This document shows positions 41,781 to 59,489 of a DNA stretch of 64,000 nt, piece by piece. The notes under the pieces are model-generated. The model was not told where the DNA came from, did not search any database, and worked only from the letters and a program-made list of their open reading frames with translations. Position numbers and translations under genes: made by a program. The DNA lies in assembly GCF_009914755.1 (NCBI RefSeq), contig NC_060927.1; one strand, 5' to 3'. The DNA is from the human T2T-CHM13v2.0 reference genome, Homo sapiens. Within the stretch, counting starts at the first letter, position 1; each line of letters begins with the position of its first letter.

Positions 41781-43068
41781 CATTTTAAGATATCCTACTG
41801 CTTTCTCACTATGTACAATGGCATGGGGAAAGGAACATCAGGAAATAGAGATGAGAAGAGAAGAAACATCTCCTGGGAGGTAGAACACAAAGAAAATGCA
41901 GACCACATAATGAAAACTAGAATGTTACAGCAAAGAAGATGTATTAAAAGGAGCTCTAACTCTGAAAGGTCAAGGGGTAAATACAGGGGTCTCAAAAGAC
42001 TTTATGGAGAAGGGAATATCTAGGACAGGCTTTGAAGAAATAGTATTTCAACAGGCAGAGATGGACAGAGAAAGTTGACCAGAGGTCAACTCAAAAAAGA
42101 TTGTTCTGAAGCCAGCAAAATGGACAATAAAATAGTAAATACCTACGTTTGCAACAGAGAAAGCTGCACTGAGAAAAAGCAGCTGCAAAACAGACATATA
42201 AAATTATATCGTATGAAATGCAAATTATTAACAATAAAGCTTTACATTTAAATAGCAGTTTGCAGTTTACAAAAATTTTCACATATATCATGCATTCTCA
42301 ATGGCAGTGATATTGTCTCCTAGTGGACAAGATTGGTGCACAGAGTGGGTGTAGGGAATCATAGATACTACAATAGTTTATGGTCCTCAAATGGAATATA
42401 GTACATAAAGAGAAACATAGTTTATCTGTGTATATTTGTGTTATTAAACTTTCACAGTGGAGGATGACTGGGAGAAGTTTTTCTTTAAAGACTTTTTAGG
42501 GGTGCAATGATTTTTTAAAAGGTTCAGAAACACTGACAAATACTACATTATTTGATCATCCCAACCATCTAATAAGTAAGCAGGTATCATTTCCTTTTGT
42601 AAAAAGCATGAAACAAATAATACAGGAAGATTTAAAGAGATGAACGAAGGAGAAAAACAAGCAGTGCACGGAACGGAATTTTATACATATACACAGCCAA
42701 TAACATAAAATAATGTGCAGCCTCACTCACAGTTAAAGAAATATCAACTAAAACAATTAGATGTAATTTTTCACCTATCAGAATGCAAAATAAAAAAGGT
42801 AGATAATACCCAGTCTTGGTAAGAATTTGAAGAAATAGGCATTTTGATGCTAATGAACTTGATTTAAAAAGTGCAAGTTTAGGAAGGCAATAACTATCAA
42901 AATTACTAATGCATCTAACTTTTGAATCAACAATTCTACCACTAAAAATGTATCCTACTTATATATCCTCTAGCCAAATCTATGCAGAAAGAAGTTGATT
43001 GTAATAGTGAAAAACCATAAGCAATCTAAATGTTCTATAATCCTTGGGTTTATAAATTATGGTAATCA

Positions 43069-43422
43069 GGCAAGGCCCAGTGACTCACAGCTGTAATCCT
43101 TGTTCTATGTAACATACATGGACAGAAGTTTATATGTGCACAAATCCTTGGAAGGCCAAGCCTGGGAGATCACCTGAGGTAAGGAGTTCAAGACCAGCCT
43201 GGTCAACATGGTGAAGCCCCATCTCTACTAAAAATACAAAAAAAAAATTAGCCAGATATAGTGACAGGAGCCTGTAATCCCAGCTACTCAGGAGGCTGAG
43301 GCAGGAGAATCGCTTGAGCCTGGGAGGCAGAGGTTGCAGTGAGCCGAGATTGCTCCATCGCACTACAGCCTGAGTGACAAGACAAACTCCATCTCAATAA
43401 ACAAATAAATACATACATACAT
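43069..43422 (+). mobile_element. AluS with a ~45-nt non-Alu insertion in the left arm
   Basis: Alu motifs interrupted at about 43100-43148; (TAAA)/(TACA) tail. Confidence 0.9.
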
Positions 43423-43669
43423 AAAGGTAATCTAGAAATAGAATAATAGGTAGGAATTTAAAATGCTCTGATGTAAAAAAAAAAAAATATGTACACAGCA
43501 TACTGAAATCAACAATGCTACCTGTATGACCCCATTATTTTATAAAAATATACAAATGTAATTTTGCTGTGTGTTAAAATTTCTGGACACACAAGAAACC
43601 AACAAAGCATGAGGAGGAATTCTCCAACTGTATACATAAATGTACACTTTAAAAAACAGGACATGAGGA

Positions 43670-43963
<294 letters not shown>

Positions 43964-44670
43964 AGGGATGTATCTTTTAAAAATATTTAATTATAAAAAT
44001 GTTAAAATGACTTGCTCCAGTTCCTACAATTGTGAAGCAAAATTATGAATACAATTCCATTCTTTTGGCTCAAAATCCATTGTTTCTTATTACATTACTT
44101 TATAAAGCTTACTACTGTTCAGAAAAAATCCATATTGGTGATTAAATATGGTAATAATGTCTATGGTTCCATAATACTTACTGAAGCATAAATGCCCCTG
44201 TAGGTTCTCAAAATGTCTTTCACGATCTACCCACACCTGTGTTCCCAATCCTCCCTTCCACGTCTTTTTAGTTTCTAAAAAGCGTCTAGTGTTTTCCTAC
44301 CTCTCTGTTTTCTTGAATAACAAGTCTTGGTCAAGAAATCCTCTCCCAACCAATTCCTCTTCCTAAAACACTTTACTTCTTTTTTAAATTGATCTATTCT
44401 CATGACCTGGCATATAATAATAAATATTGCTGAATGAGTGAAAATATATCCGTCGGAACAGATTCTACTAATCACTTTGTAAAGTTAATCTCAAATGCTT
44501 CATTCTCTCTGAAATGCTTCCTAACTTCTTTTCATTCAGTTTTAGAATGTTAAATTCAGAAATTAAGTCATATTTCTGCTTGTAATGGGGAAAAGTAAAC
44601 AAAACAGGAGGTTTCTTTCTTCCAAGAGAATAAAAGGGGAGGAATACCCTTGAGAAGAGAAAAACCCTAG

Positions 44671-45023
<353 letters not shown>

Positions 45024-45514
45024 AGAATCTACTACTATTGACACTGGTGATTTAGTCAACATTATCTAGGCTTAAATTGAGGAACTGTCCTCACCATCTG
45101 AGATTAGACAAATTAGCTAAACTGTGTCTCAGTTTCCTCACACGTAAAATGGTGAATACTCAATTCACAGGTTTTGTGAAGATTATATGAATATCCCTGA
45201 AGTATTCAGAATATCTGACATATACATAGTAAGCATTCAATAAATATTAGCTTTAATTGTTATCACCATTACCAGCACACTGTCACTACTCTAGTGAATA
45301 TATTTACACAGTAAGGTTAGAATAAAATCAATGACAGGATGGCACCTACAGTTGAAAATGATGGAACCTTTGAGTGATCTATAATATTTGTTCACAACCT
45401 TATACATTATAATTAGATATTCCATGCTGTTTTCTCAACATGTCTGTTGAGGAAGGAAAGAAGGTAGTAAGCAGAAATTGAGGAAATCCAGGGCTGCACA
45501 AATATAATATACAT

Positions 45515-46065
45515 TCAACTTAGTACTTATTGAATCCTCCCATGTGCCAAAAGCTAGTGTAGAAGATAAGCATTTAGTGGTGAATAAGTAACTTACTGTC
45601 CCCAGAAAATATACGTTCTAGGAAAAGACAGTAAGACAAGGATAAAGAGTTCGCATATCAAGTAGCAACAACACATGATATGAAGAAAATGTAAAGAGGC
45701 CTAGGGATAGAGAAAGATGGGATATGACTGAAAGCTTATTTGGGAGCTGGGAGCTTATCTGAGAAAGTGTAGTCTTAGGAAGCACCTCTGAAGTGGTGAT
45801 ATTTGAATAAAGTGAGGGAACAAGCCACATGATAACCTGAAAGAAGAGCATGCTGCGAACAGCAAATGCAGAAGACCATAAAGTGGGAAATAGCTTGGAG
45901 GTCTGGAGATACTGGGGGAAAAAGAAGGGGAAACAGAAGAGAGGCTGGGTCACTTCCATCCTTTCAGGCCATGAAAGGACTTTCATACACAGTGGCATGG
46001 AAAGCCATTGGGAGCTTTTGAGCAAGGGTGTGACATGATATGATCTATTCTTTAGAAAGATCACA
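45515..46065 (-). mobile_element. L2 fragment
   Basis: tacttattgaatcctcccatgtgcca; ggaaagccattgggagcttttgagcaagggtgtgacatgat. Confidence 0.75.
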
Positions 46066-46508
46066 AATCTTTCAACTGATCAAAAGCACTGACTACTTGC
46101 CCATCCACTCAGCCCCTTCTTCAGAAAAGAGCCCTTCCTCAGAAAGGTTAAGAACAAAGGCAAGTCCTCAAAATTGTATTAGACTATGGTATATGAGAAA
46201 GTACAAAATAAGATAAAAAGCAACCACCACAGAAACCTGAAACAAGATCAGTAAAAAAAGAAACCAAAAAACTTAGTAAAAGAAGGTAAACCAAGTAACA
46301 TAAATGGGCATCTAGCCAGATGACAATCTTCAAGATGTTTCTCATATTTTTGGAGAAATAAAAACATCTGCACAAAATAAGCACATAAGCAAAATGAGAC
46401 AATCATATAATAATACACAATACTAAATTTAATTTGATTTTATATTTGTATATCCAAACCTTATATTCTGTTTTCTTTTTCATATATTCATTGTTATGTT
46501 CAGGCCCC

Positions 46509-47108
46509 TGCTATAGGTTTGAACGTTGGATCGCCTCCCAAATTCCTGTTGAAATTTAATCCCCAATGCAACAGTATTAGGTTTTTTAGGGGGGGCTGGG
46601 AGGGGTGGCTGAGACAAGGTCTCACCCTGTCGCCCAGGCCAGAGTGCAGTGGCATGATCATGGCTCACTGCAGCCTCCACGTACAGAGCTCAAGCGATCC
46701 GCCCACCTCAGCCTCCCAAAGTGCTGAGACTACAGGCGTGAGCCACCGTACCCAGCCCCCAGTGCAGCAGTATTAAGAGGTAGGGCCTTCAGGAGGTGAT
46801 TTCGCCATCAGGACTTCACCCTAATGCATAAGGTTAATGCTTATTAAAAGGGCTGGAGGGAACTAGCTATGTCCTTTTTCGCCCTTCCATCCCTTTCACC
46901 ATGTGAGGATACAACATTAATCCCTTAGGAGAATGCAGTAACAAGGTACCATCTTGGAAGCAGAGACCAGCCCTCACCAGACACTGAACCTGCTCTCATC
47001 TTGATCTTGCACTTCCTAGCCTCCAGAATTGTGAAAAATAAATCTCTGTTCCTTGTAAATTATCCAGTCTCTGGTATTTAGTCACAGCAGCACAAATGGA
47101 GTAAGACA
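46509..47108 (+). mobile_element. MST-type (MSTD-like) MaLR solo LTR interrupted by an Alu monomer at 46581-46757 (minus strand)
   Basis: tgctataggtttgaa...gtaagaca termini; the Alu is flanked by ccccaatgcaacagtatta / ccccagtgcagcagtatta. Confidence 0.85.
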
Positions 47109-48096
47109 ACTCCTTATACAAAACTACATCATACTTTTTGTTCTACTCCTCTTTCACCCCCCCATTCTCTACTTGGGCAGATCTATAGGGAAAGGCAGAT
47201 AAAAGGGACTCATTTATGCACGACCCTCTTAATATATACTCTAGTAAGCACCCAAAGCCAGAAAAAGAATTAAGCACTACAATATTTTGTGGAAAAGCCA
47301 GGTAGTTACTCAGTCCATTTTGATAACAAAACAAGTAGAAACAAATATTTGAAAATACATTAAATTTCAAGCAAGAAAATGCTAGCTCAAAACACTACAA
47401 AAAAAATTGTTCACTTCATCAGTCTATATGTCTTTTAGTCTCGAACTCTAAGACTTACTAGACATTTCCACTTATGTCTCTTCTGTCCTTCTCTGACTTC
47501 CCTAATTTAAGCTAGCATCATCTGGATTAGTCTTGAAGCCTCTGGACAAGAACTCCCAGAATCCCTCTCTTGCTCCCCTTAATCTCCTCAATAAAGATCA
47601 CTGCAGTTAGATTGATTTTTAAAACAGTAAATCTAATCATATCACTCTCCCTATTGAAACCCCTTCGATGAGTGACTACTCACAGGCTGAAATTTCTAAG
47701 AGAATCTACAAGCCCCTGTGTGGCCCTTTAGCCACCAACCTGGCTCAGTCGCTACTGTCCCTGAGCTCTCTGGGCTCTAACCACACTATCTGTAAACTCT
47801 GCAAAACAGAAGTTCTTTCCAGCCGCAGAGCCTTTACAAAAGTTTCTTCTTCAGCTTGCAATATCTCTGTCCCGATTTGCCTGGGGAATAAAACATATAT
47901 TTCACTTCCTTATGTGAGGTCTTGTTGGACACTGCCCACCACCACTAGATTAGTTCTCTTCCTTACTTGACTTCTGGGTGGCCCTATCTTTCCATCATTG
48001 TACTTATCACAATTATACATGTAAGAGAAAGGGTGGGGGGAAGAGGGTATGATGGAAGCAGGGGTGTTTACATATATACATATATGTGTATTTTAA

Positions 48097-48341
<245 letters not shown>

Positions 48342-48442
48342 TAATACTTGTGGGAAAAACGTGAGATAAAATTGGACGGAGCACATCAGGATGCCACAAT
48401 GACATGTCATAAATCAAGATGTCTCAGATAACGGGTTAACTA

Positions 48443-48814
<372 letters not shown>

Positions 48815-49166
48815 CTAAAATGCGTAATTCAACAGCAACAAGTATACAAATACACCTAGATTGAAAATATCGATGGGGGGTTGGGGGGTGGTTACAACTA
48901 AATTCATCAGCAAAAAGAGGGTAATCAGAGCTCATTTCTCTCTGTTTAGAGGGAGTGACCATAATTTAGATTTAAGTGACAAGAAAGGAAATACAATATT
49001 TTTAAAGGAGTAAATACAGAAAGACTTAACCCTTTCTCTCACAGACTCTTTATTCTCTCACTCCACAAGGCATTCCTGCATATTACTGAGTTAGACATAA
49101 AATGCCACACACTAGCCAAAGCTTTTACTTGAATAGTTATATTTTCTTGAAAATTAAGTGGACAAA

Positions 49167-51537
<2,371 letters not shown>

Positions 51538-51540
51538 TTT

Positions 51541-51606
51541 GATCACACCACTGCACTCCAGCCTGAGCAACACAATGAGATCCTGTCACACACACACACA
51601 TACACA

Positions 51607-51639
<33 letters not shown>
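51541..51639 (+). repeat. Terminal ~50 nt of an Alu followed by a (CA)n microsatellite
   Basis: gatcacaccactgcactccagcctgagcaac...gagatcctgt, then (CA)n. Confidence 0.88.
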
Positions 51640-51641
<2 letters not shown>

Positions 51642-52423
51642 CCAATTAGTTACCTAAACTATTAAATATTCTCAGATATAACTTTCTTATTTGGGAGTAA
51701 ATTCCTTTTCTACAATCCAATAATCCCTAAATCTATTTCCCCATACAATTAAAAGATAAACTATTTAAGATAGAGTTCTACTTCATTTGACCATTTAATG
51801 CCAATATATAAAGAAAATAAAAATACCCAAGCTGGTTACTCAACAAAACATATCAATTTCATTAATCACATTTAAAAATCTTAGTTTGTTTGCTTGAGGA
51901 ACTGCCAACTACTGAAGTTCCTGAGCTCCTACACTAGTGTATGGCATATCAAATCCTAATATGGGGGGATGGAAGGAGAAGATGAACATGTGAATGAGCT
52001 GGGGAAAGAAAATCTTGGCACCAACTCAAACAAACTGCTTTATGAAGTAAAAAGACAAAGCAAACTCTAAGTCTCTGATTAAAAACACTGCCTTCCTAAA
52101 ACCTGTTTTAGTCAGAAACTGCTGGTCATAAGATTGGATTGGATAAATTTATTAATAGAGTCAGTATATAATAGATTTTGTGAATTGTCAAAAGGTCTTT
52201 AGCACTTACCAGCCTGTTCAGCTACGAATGTGAATTACAAAAGACAACCTTTAGTTAGCTCTAACAATCGTTCTGGATTTGGGTTTCTTTTAGTATTATG
52301 TTATTCTACTTTTGCTTCTGAAATGATTTACTGATCAGACAAATCCGTAGCCCTAGGAAGTCAGTGTCTGTTTCTCTTTCTCCTTCATTCTCCACATACA
52401 TACACAGACACACCTATCATTCA

Positions 52424-52446
52424 GATAGATAGATAGATAGATAGAT
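52424..52446. repeat. (GATA)n short tandem repeat
   Basis: Seen directly. Confidence 0.85.
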
Positions 52447-55049
52447 TCATTTCATATTGAACCTTCAAAGAATAACCCTTGTGAAGTATGTGATTCTCTC
52501 TCTCTAACCTATATAACCAAGTCCAGCACTGTATTTTCTGAAACCTGTCGTGATGTTTTCTATAGCAATGACAAGGAGAAGCAGATGGAAGAGTTAGAGT
52601 ATTGTCTTTCCTCCCCAAAGAAATAGATCAAGAAAGCAAAAGAATCACCCATTTTTATGGAAATGAGGGCCCCTGTTCCAGAATTAGTACAGTTATACAG
52701 AATAACATCACTTTCATTTAGGAATTTTCCATCTTTCAGGATGCAGAAGCATTGTTTCTAACATACTATGGGGAGAAATTTAATGACAGATCCAAAAATC
52801 TTAAACTATGCAAAATATGTCCATATTATCTTCATTAATGGTAAACCAATCAGATACATAAAAAGATACTTCTCAGGTTGGCAAGCATGTGTGCTACCTA
52901 AATCTTATTGAATGTATATGTATATAAGTCAATGGATAAGGAAATTTTAAATTAGAAAAGAAAATCTGAATCAGATTCAAATTAACATCTTCTTTTTACC
53001 TGTTCCTTTTGGCAGTACTTGCAAAATCTGTAGTAACAGACTATCACTTCATTATCTTCCCACAAGATACTGGTTTTCTCTAACACTTCACAATGCTTCT
53101 GAGATAGCATATCTAGCATAACACCTCCACTTCTCTCCAGCATTTAACAAGATAAAGAAAAGGCAGAAAGAGAGTAGATGATGTCGGTGTTACAAGTGTA
53201 AGAATCCAATTCTCATGAACATTCAAATTAACTATGTATCTCAAATCATTCTATTTCCCATGTAGGAATCAGATATGATCTAAGTTACTGTTTCCCTTTA
53301 AAGGAACTAATGTATTACAGGGTCATTCATTCAGTGTTAACTAATGGCAATCATTAATTAATGGTAGGGGGAGTAGTCCCACTTAAATTAAAATATAAGT
53401 AAAAGCATAGAAGTGTAAAGACCCAGGGTGGTTGTTTTAATGACTTTTCTTTAATCAAGTAAAGCTGAGTAATCAAATGTGTTTTTTGAAGAAGACTATT
53501 TCTATTTTTTATCCAAATGGAAGCCCTCAAAGAGAAAGTAAAATGGTAAGTTTTTAATTCACCTAACTACTCAATATCAATTTTCCTTGATTGTGTAACA
53601 ATATAGTTTAAACTTTCTTCAGTGAAATTATTAAAATGAAGATGTAGATGACTAGCTTACCTCCTTTGTAATAATGCTTAGAACATGTGTATAGTGACCT
53701 ACATGCAAAAACAGATACGATTTTCAGGGTTGTATCAGAAATTAAACACAGAGAGAAGAAACTTCATATATTTCATTCCAACTAAATCCATTCACAAAGC
53801 TATCTCCCAACAGGTTTATTCAAGTGTTTCTCCATGTTAGTGTAGTTGGTACAAACATTCAGAGGGCAGGAATCAGGCCCACATAATGTGCTTTTATGGC
53901 CCTGGCACAGCTTGATGCTTATTAAATCCTAGTTGAAAGACATTTGACAATACAATTGCTGAAAAATTCAATGTTCCCTTGCATGGGAAATCTTGTGCCT
54001 TGTACCTTATGATTTCAGCAGTGCCATGTGTGCTGCGATAGTTAAGGGCCTGTCAATGTTTCCATTATAAACTCTGGTTTTCAGAGGTTTCTATCTTGGC
54101 CTATAAAAATAGACTCCGGTCTGTAACTTGGCATAAAAAGTACTGGTATCAGCCCAAGAGAACATTTTTTGTTCCAAAGATTAAAATAAAAATCTGTTTA
54201 GTAGTTTTAAGTTAACAGAGTATAAAATAAAATAAAAAAAAGTTGCGGGATGGGGAGGAGGGAGAATGTTTTTAAAAACACACACATAAAAAATCCAGTG
54301 CTCTATCTCTCACTATTACTTCATTTTAAACTTTAAAATGATTAACACACAAAACAAACCAATGATACTGCATAAATGAAAAACCTAACAGGAATTTTAA
54401 TTAAAAACATTATGGCAATTACCAAAAAAAAATCATAAATTTTTAAACTACGTAAGTAGGATCTCAATAATCCCCACATTTAAAGATTGTACAAGTACCC
54501 ACTAACAGTAAACTAAAACTATGTCAAAGATGTATTTTCAGATATGTAAAAATTACCTTTTAATGAACCACTAAATGAAGATTTACTGCAGATTAGGAGA
54601 CAATCTTCAATCCTATTTTCAATGCATGCATCAAGAAGTTTCTCAAACATATTTTAACGAATATAAGAAACACTGAAGTAGTCTTTACAAACTGTTGAAA
54701 GATACTAGTCAAAGTTTTGTGGGTTTTTTAAGCTTAATACAGATCTGTTTCTTTCAAAAATATAATGGTTATATAAAGCTGCTGCATAGTCACAAAAGCA
54801 CATCTTTTACAACAACTTTTATCTGTTAAAGAGGATGTATGTTAGTATAATCTACAAAGAAGGTGATTTGAAAATAGCCATCAAAATTAGAAGTACATTT
54901 AAAAATTTTTTTATTGTGGTAAAATACACATATTTACCAACTTATCCATTTAAGTGTACAATTTAATGTTACCAAATACGTTCATAATGTTGCTCCACCA
55001 TTTTCATCATCTATCTCCATAACTTCTCATCATGTAAAACCAAATCTCT

Positions 55050-56071
55050 TGTTAACAAAAAAACTAAAACTCTGTAAAAATTGTAAAGGGTTTATTCTGA
55101 GCCCTTTATAAGGGAGAGCCAAAATAAGGGACCATGACCTGGGGAACAGTCTCAAGAGGTCCTGAGAAAGTGCGCCTGCAGTGGCTGGGTTATGGTTTGG
55201 TTTTATGCATGTTAGGGAGATAGGAGTTACAGGCAAAGACATAAATCAATACTTGGAAGGTATACACTGATTTACCCCAAAAAGAGCATCTTGAAGGGAG
55301 GGAGGGGAGCTTTAAGTTACAGAATGGTTTTAGGGATTCTTTAGGTGGCAGCTGGTTGAGAGAGTTAAGCTGTCTGAAGACTTGAAGTCATAGAAAGAAA
55401 TGTTTGAGTTAAGATAAGGCAGATTATGGCCAAAGTTTTGTTATACAGATGAGGTCTCAGAGTTAGCAGCCTTCTAAGAAAATATATGGTAAATGTCTAC
55501 AGACCTTAAAGGTGTCAGACTGTTAGTTAATCTCTCCTAGATTTGGGAAAGGCCTAGAAATGGAAGGCCTGACTATAGTAATGGAGTTTCCCCTTAAAAA
55601 AGATGGCTTTGCAGTGCCATTTCAATCTGATGGCCTTATGGCAGCCTTTTCAAAATATGTCAATGAAATAAATTTTTAGGTAAAATATTTTTATTTCCCT
55701 CAGGGCCCACTATCTGTCATTTGATGCTATACCAGAGTCAGCTTGGAAAGTAAGCCACATTACACTGGGTTAATAAAAACCTAATGAGAGATGTTACTGT
55801 TTGTAGGATGTGGCTTAACCACTGCTTAGCATGGCCTCAGGTCTTGCTTATAATTTGTATCTTATTGCCATAAAGAGTCTGTTTTGACAGTCTTATGATC
55901 TTTACTTTAACCTAAACTCCATAAGGGAGGAGGTAACAAGGCACGTCCAGCCTCCCTTCCAATCATGATGGAGAATTCAGTTCTTCTGGTTCCCCTGAGG
56001 CCAGTTTTTCTTGGCCAAGAGGGGGTCTGTTCTGTCAGTTGGGGGGCTCAGGATTTTATTTTTGGTTTATG
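55050..56071 (-). mobile_element. MER4-group ERV1 solo LTR (MER4D-like)
   Basis: Reverse complement begins (c)ataaaccaaaaataaaatcctgagcccccc; perfect 4-bp TSD ctct/ctct. Confidence 0.85.
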
Positions 56072-56614
56072 CTCTGTATGCATTAAATATACTTCCCATT
56101 CCTCCTCCCCCCACTCCTGGCAATCACCATTCTACTTTCTGTCTCTATGATCTTGACTACTCTAATAATCACATATAAGTGGAATAATATAGAATTTGTC
56201 TTTTTGTGACTGGCTTATTTCACTGAACATAATGTTATCAAGGTTCACATATGTTGTGGAGTATCTGGTTTCTTTCCTTTATAAGCCTGAATAATATTCC
56301 ATTATATGTATATACCACATTTTGTCTATCCATCCAGCTATTGATAAACACTTGGTTTGCTTCTGTAAACCCAAAAGTATCTGAGACAAGTCTCGTTCAA
56401 CTTAGAAGTTTATTTTGCCAAGGCTAAGGACGTGCCTGTGACAGCCTCAGGAGGTCCTGACGACATGTGTCCAAGGTGGTCAGGCTACAGCTCAGTTTTA
56501 TACATTTTAGGAAGACATAACACATCAATCAATACATGTAAGATGTGTAATGATTCAGTCAGGAAGGGCAGAACAACTCAAAAACTCAAAGTGGAGGCTT
56601 CCAGCTCATAGGTA

Positions 56615-57225
56615 TGTCAGAGTAGGTAGTTAGGCAGATATGGACAGGGCAGGAGAGCACCCAAACACGCACACCCCCACCCCCTGTTGCCCCCAGGACT
56701 GTCAGGCGACCATGAGGTGATAGTCAGGTGGTTGTTAAACTGTCTCTCTAAAATGATAAGTGGTCACAGCCAGCGCCAGGAAAAGATAGTCTCCTAACAG
56801 ATAGAAAACACTCGGTGCTGGTGTTATCCACTTCTCAGGAAGATCTCAAACAGGCCCACTAAGAGGCAAAATGGCCTCTTATACGACCTTCCAATGGGAA
56901 CGCTCGACAGGTAAGGGAAAAACTCCTCAAGTGAACACGTGCACAACTTCAGCAAACCCAAGAACCATAGCAATGTATAAAATCCCAAGTCAAGGGATGA
57001 ACAGGGCACTTGGATCTTGCAAGTCACCTGCTTGGCCCTTCCAAGTGTACTGCTTCCTTTCACTCCTGCTTTAAAACTTTTTAACAAATTCTCACTCCTG
57101 TTCTAAAACTTGCCTCAGTCTCTCCCTCTGCCTTAAACCAACTACTGCCCTTCAGCAAAATTCTTTCCTCCAAGGAGGCAAGAATCAAGTTGTTGCAGAC
57201 CCATAAAGATTCACCACTGCTAACA
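56615..57225 (+). mobile_element. ERV1 solo LTR (MER50-like) nested in the MER4 LTR
   Basis: tgtcagagtaggtagttaggcaga...ctgctaaca termini; flanks ggta/ggtg; tataaaa box at about 56976. Confidence 0.78.
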
Positions 57226-57282
57226 GGTGGATTCAAAGATTTTCCAATTGGCAACTTGTCAACAGAGTTTACCTAAAGACTA

Positions 57283-57735
<453 letters not shown>

Positions 57736-59159
57736 CACCTGAAATTCCATGTAAGGGAGTGTCTGGGTTAAGATAAGGGGTTGTAGAGACCATGGTTCTT
57801 ATTATGCAGATGAAGCCTCCAGGTAGCAGGCTTCAGAAAGAATAGACTGTAAATGTTTCTTATGAGACTTAAAATGATGAAAGACTCAGATAATTCTCTC
57901 CAGCATCAGAGAAAAGACCTAGAAAGAGAAAGGCATTCTCTACAGAATGTAGATTTTGCCTATAAGAGACAGTTTTGCAGGGCCATTTTTAAATATGTCA
58001 AAGGAATATATTTTGGGGCAAAATACTACAATTTCTTCCAGGGCCTGCTATCTGTCATGTGATGCTTTCTTTAGTCAGGCTGGAATTTGGTGTCTTATCG
58101 CTACAAAAAGTCGTAAGATCTCTGTTTTAATGTTAATGCTGGTCAGTTGTGCCTGAATTCCAAAGACAGAGTATAATGGGGAATGCCTGATCACCCCCTC
58201 CCCATCATGTCCTGAACTGTGGAATGCCCTTGGCTGAGACGAAGGGTTCATTCAGACAATTAAGAAGCTTAAAGTTTCATTTTTAGTTTACAATTCCATA
58301 TTTCAGCTATTGTGAATAATGCTGGTATGAACATGGGTGTATAAATTGTCTCTTTAAGACCCTGTTTTCAACCATTTTGGGGATACACCCAGAAGTGGCA
58401 TCACTACATCATATGGAAATTCTATTTTCAATATTTATAAGGAGCCACCATACTGCTTCCCACTGTGACTGTACCATTTTACCTTCCCACCAACAGTGCA
58501 CAAGGGTTCCAATTTTTTCCACGTCCTCACCAAAACATATTATTGTTTGATGTTGATAGTAGCCATCCTAATGGGTGTAAGGTGGTATTTCATTATAGTT
58601 TTGATTTGGATTTTCCTAAATATCAGTGATGCTGAGCATCTTGTGGTGTACCAATTGCCATTTGTATATTTTCTTTGGAGAAATGTTTTTCCAAGTCACC
58701 CATTTTCAAACCAAGCTGTTTGTTTTGTTGTTGAGTTGTAGGAATTCTCCATATATGCATTATATAACCCTTTTCAGATATATAATTTGCAAATACTTTC
58801 TCCATTCTGTGGTTGTCTTTTCACCCTATTTATTGACAGTGTCTTTTGATTAACAAAGTTTAAAAATTTTCATGTAGTCCTCTATGTTGTTGTGCCTTTG
58901 ATGTCATACCCAATAAATAACTGCCAAATAAATCACTGTCATAAAGTTTTTTCCTTATTTTCTTCTAAGACTTTTATAGTTTTGGGTCTTACATTTATGT
59001 CTTTGGTCCATTTTGAGTTAATTTTTGTATACTGTGTTAGTTTCGGGTTCATCTTCATTTTTTACATGTGGCTATCCCGTTTTCCCAGCAGCATTTGTTG
59101 AAAAGACTATCTTTTCTCCACTGAATAGTCCTGGTACTCTTGTTAAAAATCATTTGACT

Positions 59160-59489
<330 letters not shown>

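Noticed and set aside
45618-46064. 148-aa ORF
   Set aside because: Lies within an L2 relic, has no recognisable domain and a non-ATG start.
53000-53140. Possible minus-strand exon ending at CAG|GTAAAA (about 53000)
   Set aside because: There is a pyrimidine tract, but the first AG is a weak GAG well downstream of it; not enough support.
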